From Eledone cirrhosa (Eukaryota): a stretch of DNA of 64,000 bases. Every line of letters starts with the position of its first letter. Positions within the stretch are counted from its first letter, which is position 1. Position numbers and translations under genes: made by a program. The stretch covers positions 82,398,001-82,462,000 of the forward strand of contig OZ024747.1 of the NCBI GenBank assembly GCA_964016885.1, written 5' to 3'. Positions 57,640 to 64,000 of this stretch are shown one piece after another. The notes below the pieces were generated by a model. It did no database searches. It was not told the DNA's origin and saw only the letters and a list, made by a program, of their open reading frames with translations.

Positions 57640-58018
57640 CCACTTCTTTTACCATTTCAGACTCTTTACAGACCTTATTATATATCTGTTTCCTATATCT
57701 GTCCACGTGATTGATCGAATGTTCATAAAACTTGAAGTAACATCATACGTCACCAGCTGAATATTATATTTTACTCATTTACACTCTGTAATGAGTAAAT
57801 GTTTCTATTGTTCGTTATAAACAATATATATGAATAAATTGGCAGTTAGTTTCAGCGAAACTCGACGAGCAATCAACTAGGTTACATATAACAAATGTGA
57901 CCCTCCTACATGGATAAAATCATCTCCTTCAGTAAAAGTTTGTTGTTATTTATATAACTATAAATCAAAAACCTTACATTGATCTTTTCTTCACTCGCAC
58001 TCTTTCTCTCTCTCTTTG

Positions 58019-58056
<38 letters not shown>

Positions 58057-58275
58057 ATACTTTGGGAGGGTCATGTTGCCAATATATGTATATAGATATA
58101 TATATACACATACATATATATATATATATTCATATATATACATATATATATACACATATATATATATACATATATATATACATATACATACATATATATA
58201 TACATATATATACATATATATATATATATACATATCTATATACATATATATATATACATATATATATATATTTAT

Positions 58276-58464
58276 AAGGGCGGTGGATTGGCAGTATCGG
58301 TAGAGGGTCGGACGCCATGCTTTGACGCATAGAGTTACGGCCCTTGCCATTCTGAGTTCAAATCCCGCCGAGGTTAACTTTGCCTTTCATCCTTACGGTG
58401 TCGATAAAATAAAGTACCAGTAATGCACTGGGTATTTGCTGGCCTTGTGCCAAACGTAGAAACT
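58276..58464 (+). mobile_element. SINE family A copy
   Basis: Matches 5249-5438. Confidence 0.85.
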
Positions 58465-58525
58465 ATATATATATATATTTATATACATATATATACATAT
58501 ATATATATATATATACATATATATA

Positions 58526-58580
<55 letters not shown>

Positions 58581-58951
58581 GAATATATACATGTGTGTGT
58601 GTGTGTGTGTATGTGTGTGTGTGTTATGGTCGTTTGCTGTGTGTGTGTATATATAGCATCCTTATTCCACTGTGTTCTCAGTTACGCTTTTTCTCACTCA
58701 TTTTGCTCACGAATCCAATCACTCTCTCTCTTTTACTCTCTCTCTCTCTATTTCATGCTTTCATTCTCTCTGTCTCCCCCTCTTACCCTCCTTCTCTTAC
58801 CCCTCTTACCCTCCTTCTCTCTCCCCTCACTCTCTCCCCCTCTCTCTTTTCAACATGATTTATCTGAGGATTAGTATTTCTATCCATTTGTTGTTACAAG
58901 ATTAACATGAAATGGAATCGCTTTTAACATCCATCAGACATTTTTTCTCTC

Positions 58952-61045
58952 ACCATCGTCACCATCATCACTACCACCACCATCACCATCATCACTACCA
59001 CCACCACCACCATCATCACTACCACCACCATCACCATCATCACTACCACCACCACCACCATCATCACTACCACCACCACCACCATCATCACTACCACCAC
59101 CACCACCATCATCACTACCACCACCATCACCATCATCACTACCACCACCATCACCATCATCACTACCACCACCATCACCATCATCACTACCACCACCATC
59201 ACCATCATCACTACCACCACCATCACCATCATCACTATTAGCAACATCACCATCATCACTACCACCACCATCACCATCATCACTACCACCACCATCACCA
59301 TCATCACTACCACCACCACCACCATCATCACTACCACCACCATCACCATCATCACTATTAGCAACATCACCATCCTCACTACCACCACCATCACCATCAT
59401 CACTATTAGCAACATCACCATCCTCACTACCACCACCATCACCATCATCACTACCACCACCATCACCATCATCACTACCACCACCATCACCATCATCACT
59501 ATTAGCAACATCACCATCCTCACTACCACCACCATCACCATCATCACTATTAGCAACATCACCATCATCACTACCACCACCATCACCATCATCACTACCA
59601 CCACCATCACCATCATCACTATTAGCAACATCACCATCATCACTACCACCACCATCACCATCATCACTATTAGCAACATCACCATCATCACTACCACCAC
59701 CATCACCATCATCACTACCACCACCATCACCATCATCACTACCACCACCATCACCATCATCACTACCACCACCATCACCATCATCACTATTAGCAACATC
59801 AGCATCCTCACTACCACCACCATCACCATCATCACTATTAGCAACATCACCATCATCACTACCACCACCATCACCATCATCACTACCACCACCATCACCA
59901 TCATCACTACTACCACCATCACCATCATCACTATTAGCAACATCACCATCATCACTACCACCACCATCACCATCATCACTATTAGCAACATCACCATCAT
60001 CACTACCACCACCATCACCATCATCACTACCACCACCATCACCATCATCACTACCACCACCATCACCATCATCACTACCACCACCATCACCATCATCACT
60101 ACCACCGCCACCACCATCATCACTATTAGCAACATCACCATCATCACTACCACCACCATCACCATCATCACTATTAGCAACATCACCATCATCACTACCA
60201 CCGCCATCACCATCATCACTATTAGCAACATCACCATCATCACTACCACCACCACCACCATCATCACTATTAGCAACATCACCATCATCACTACCACCAC
60301 CACAACCATCATCACTATTAGCAAAATCACCATCATCACTACCACCACCATCACCATCATCACTACCACCACCACCACCATCATCACTATTAGCAACATC
60401 ACCATCATCACTACCACCACCACCACCATCATCACTATTAGCAACATCACCATTATCACTACCACCACCACCACCATCATCACTATTAGCAACATCACCA
60501 TCATCACTACCACCACCATCACCTTCATCACTACCACCACCATCACCATCATCACTACCACCATCACCACCATCATCACTATTAGCAACATCACCATCAT
60601 CACTACCACCACCATCACCATCTTCACTACCACCACCACAACCATCATCACTATTAGCAACATCACCATCATCACTACCACCACCACCACCATCATCACT
60701 ATTAGCAACATCACCATCATCACTACCACCACCATCACCATCATCACTACCACCAACATCACCATCATCACTATTAGCAACATCACCATCATCACTACCA
60801 CCACCATCACCTTCATCACTACCACCACCATCACCATCATCACTACCATCAACATCACCATCATCACAACACCATCACCATCATCACAACTAACACCATC
60901 ACCATCATCACTACCACCACCATCACCATCATCACTACCACCACCACCACCATCATCACTACCACCACCATCACCATCATCACAACTAACACCATCATCA
61001 CTACCACCACCATCACCATCATCACTACCACCACCATCACCGTTA
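58952..61045. repeat. 24-bp minisatellite CATCACCATCATCAC[TACCACCAC|TATTAGCAA]
   Basis: Visible tandem array with two main unit variants. Confidence 0.95.
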
Positions 61046-61260
61046 TCACAACAGCATCATCACAGTCATCAATAATTTCCTCACTCCATTCCATCCACAC
61101 TTCTATCCTCTCTCTTACTCTCTCTCACTCTCCCTCCCTCTCCCTCTCCCTCTCCCTCTCTCTCTCCCATCACAATCATCGTTCACTCTACTGTCATCAA
61201 TAACGAGAGATACAATACAGTGACTAATGTAGTCCTCGCCCAACTCTAGAAGAACAGTGA

Positions 61261-64000
61261 TGTCACACAATACAATGTCACAGTTGCAATACAATGTCAC
61301 AGTTGCAATACAATGTCACAGTTGCAATACAATGTCACAGTTGCAATACAATGTCACAGTTACAATACAATGTCACAGTTGCAATACCATGTCACAGTTA
61401 CAATACAATGTCACAGTTGCAATACAATGTCACAGTTGCAATACAATGCCACAGTTGGAATACAATATCACAGTTGCAATACAATGTCACAGTTGCAATA
61501 CAATGCCACAGTTACAATACAATGCCACAGTTACAATACAATGTCACAGTTGCAATACAATGCCACACTTACAATACAATGTCACAGTTGCAATACAATG
61601 TCACACTTACAATACAATGTCACAGTTGCAATACAATGTCACAGTTGCAATACAATGTCACACTTACAATACAATGTCACAGTTGCAATACAATGCCACA
61701 GTTGCAATACAATGTCACAGTTGCAATACAATGTCACAGTTGCAATACAATGCCACAGTTGGAATACAATGTCACAGTTGCAATACAATGTCACAGTTGC
61801 AATACAATGTCACAGTTGCAATACAATGTCACAGTTGCAATACAATGCCACAGTTGGAATACAATGTCACAGTTGCAATACAATTATCACAGTTGCAATA
61901 CAATGTCACAGTTGCAATACAATGTCACACTTACAATACAATGTCACAGTTGCAATACAATGTCACAGTTGCAATACAATGTCACACTTACAATACAATG
62001 TCACAGTTGCAATACAATGTCACAGTTGCAATACAATGTCACACTTACAATACAATGTCACAGTTGCAATACAACGTCACAGTTGCAATACAATGTCACA
62101 GTTGCAATACAATGTCACAGTTGCAATACAATGTCACACTTACAATACAATGTCACAGTTGCAATACCATGTCACAGTTACAATACAATGCCACAGTTGC
62201 AATACAATGTCACAGTTGCAATACAATGCCACAGTTACAATACAATGCCACAGTTACAATACAATGTCACAGTTGCAATACAATGTCACACTTACAATAC
62301 AATGTCACAGTTGCAATACAATGTCACAGTTGCAATACAATGTCACACTTACAATACAATGTCACAGTTGCAATACAATGCCACAATTGCAATACAATGT
62401 CACAGTTACAATACAATGTCACAGTTGCAATACAATGTCACAGTTGCAATACAATGTCACAGTTGCAATACAATGTCACAGTTGCAATACAATGCCACAG
62501 TTGGAATACAATGTCACAGTTGCAATACAATGTCACAGTTGCAATACAATGTCACACTTACAATACAATGTCACAGTTGCAATACAATGTCACAGTTGCA
62601 ATACAATGTCACACTTACAATACAATGTCACAGTTGCAATACAATGCCACAGTTGCAATACAATGTCACAGTTGCAATACAATGTCACTGTTGCAATACA
62701 ATTCCACAGTTGGTATACAATGTCACAGTTGCAATACAATGTCACAGTTGCAATACAATGTCACAGTTGCAATACAATGTCACAGTTGCAATACAATGCC
62801 ACAGTTGGAATACAATGTCACAGTTGCAATACAATGTCACAGTTGCAATACAATGTCACACTTACAATACAATGTCACAGTTGCAATACAATGTCACAGT
62901 TGCAATACAATGTCACACTTACAATACAATGTCACAGTTGCAATACAATGCCACAGTTGCAATACAATGTCACAGTTGCAATACAATGTCACAGTTGCAA
63001 TACAATGCCACAGTTACAATACAATGCGACAGTTACAATACAATGTCACAGTTGGAATACAATGTCACAGTTACAATACAATGTCACAGTTGGAATACAA
63101 TGTCACAGTTGCAATACAATGTCACAGTTACAATACAATGTCACAGTTGCAATACAATGCCACAGTTACAATACAATGCCACAGTTACAATACAATGCGA
63201 CAGTTACAATACAATGTCACAGTTGCAATACAATGTCACAGTTGCAATACAGTGCCACAGTTGCAATACAATGCCACAGTTGCAATACAATGCCACAGTT
63301 ACAATACAATGCCACACTTACAATACAATGTCACAGTTACAATACAATGTCACAGTTACAATACAATGCCACAGTTGCAATACAATGTCACAGTTGCAAT
63401 ACAATGTCACAGTTGCAATACAATGCCACAGTTGCAATACAATGTCACAGTTGCAATACAATGTCACAGTTGCAATACAGTGCCACAGTTGCAATACAAT
63501 GCCACAGTTGCAATACAATGCCACAGTTGCAATACAATGCCACAGTTACAATACAATGCCACACTTACAATACAATGTCACAGTTACAATACAATGTCAC
63601 AGTTACAATACAATGCCACAGTTGCAATACAATGTCACAGTTGCAATACAATGTCACAGTTACAATACAATGCGACAGTTACAATACAATGTCACAGTTG
63701 CAATACAATGTCACAGTTGCAATACAGTGCCACAGTTGCAATACAATGCCACAGTTGCAATACAATGCCACAGTTACAATACAATGCCACACTTACAATA
63801 CAATGTCACAGTTACAATACAATGTCACAGTTACAATACAATGCCACAGTTGCAATACAATGTCACAGTTGCAATACAATGTCACAGTTGCAATACAATG
63901 CCACAGTTGCAATACAATGCCACAGTTGCAATACAATGTCACAGTTGCAATACAATGTCACAGTTGCAATACAATGCCACAGTTGCAATACAATGTCACA
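61261..64000. repeat. 19-bp minisatellite (TGTCACAGTTGCAATACAA)n, runs off the window end
   Basis: Period 19, roughly 140 units. Confidence 0.95.

Noticed and set aside
58924-60867. 647-aa Met/Val ORF and the poly-His ORF at 58912-59241
   Set aside because: Products of the 24-bp minisatellite; the His frame is broken by TAG in the variant unit

Overview
This is an AT-rich, microsatellite-saturated eukaryotic window. The SINE families and (TA)n density suggest a cephalopod, probably an octopus; this is inferred, not verified. No host protein-coding exon can be supported, and almost all ORFs in the track are microsatellite artefacts. The only intact coding unit is a full-length L1/Tx1-clade non-LTR retrotransposon (about 41208-46923) inserted in a (TATC)n tract, with ORF1 carrying a CCHC knuckle and ORF2 encoding APE endonuclease, RT and a C-terminal Zn motif. 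Also present are two RTE 3' fragments, RTE-derived non-autonomous elements, two tRNA-derived SINE families, a non-autonomous Helitron, several MITEs and two large minisatellites at the end. The main hidden signal is about 20 minimal type-I hammerhead ribozyme (HHR) motifs from many sequence families, carried on short Penelope-like (PLE) remnants. These remnants mostly sit in (TA)n and are often folded back as palindromes. The HHRs include U3-A8 compensatory core variants and versions with a very long stem II. A candidate recursive splice site (polypyrimidine-CAG|GTGAGT) lies on the minus strand at about 10753. All RNA folds were read by eye.
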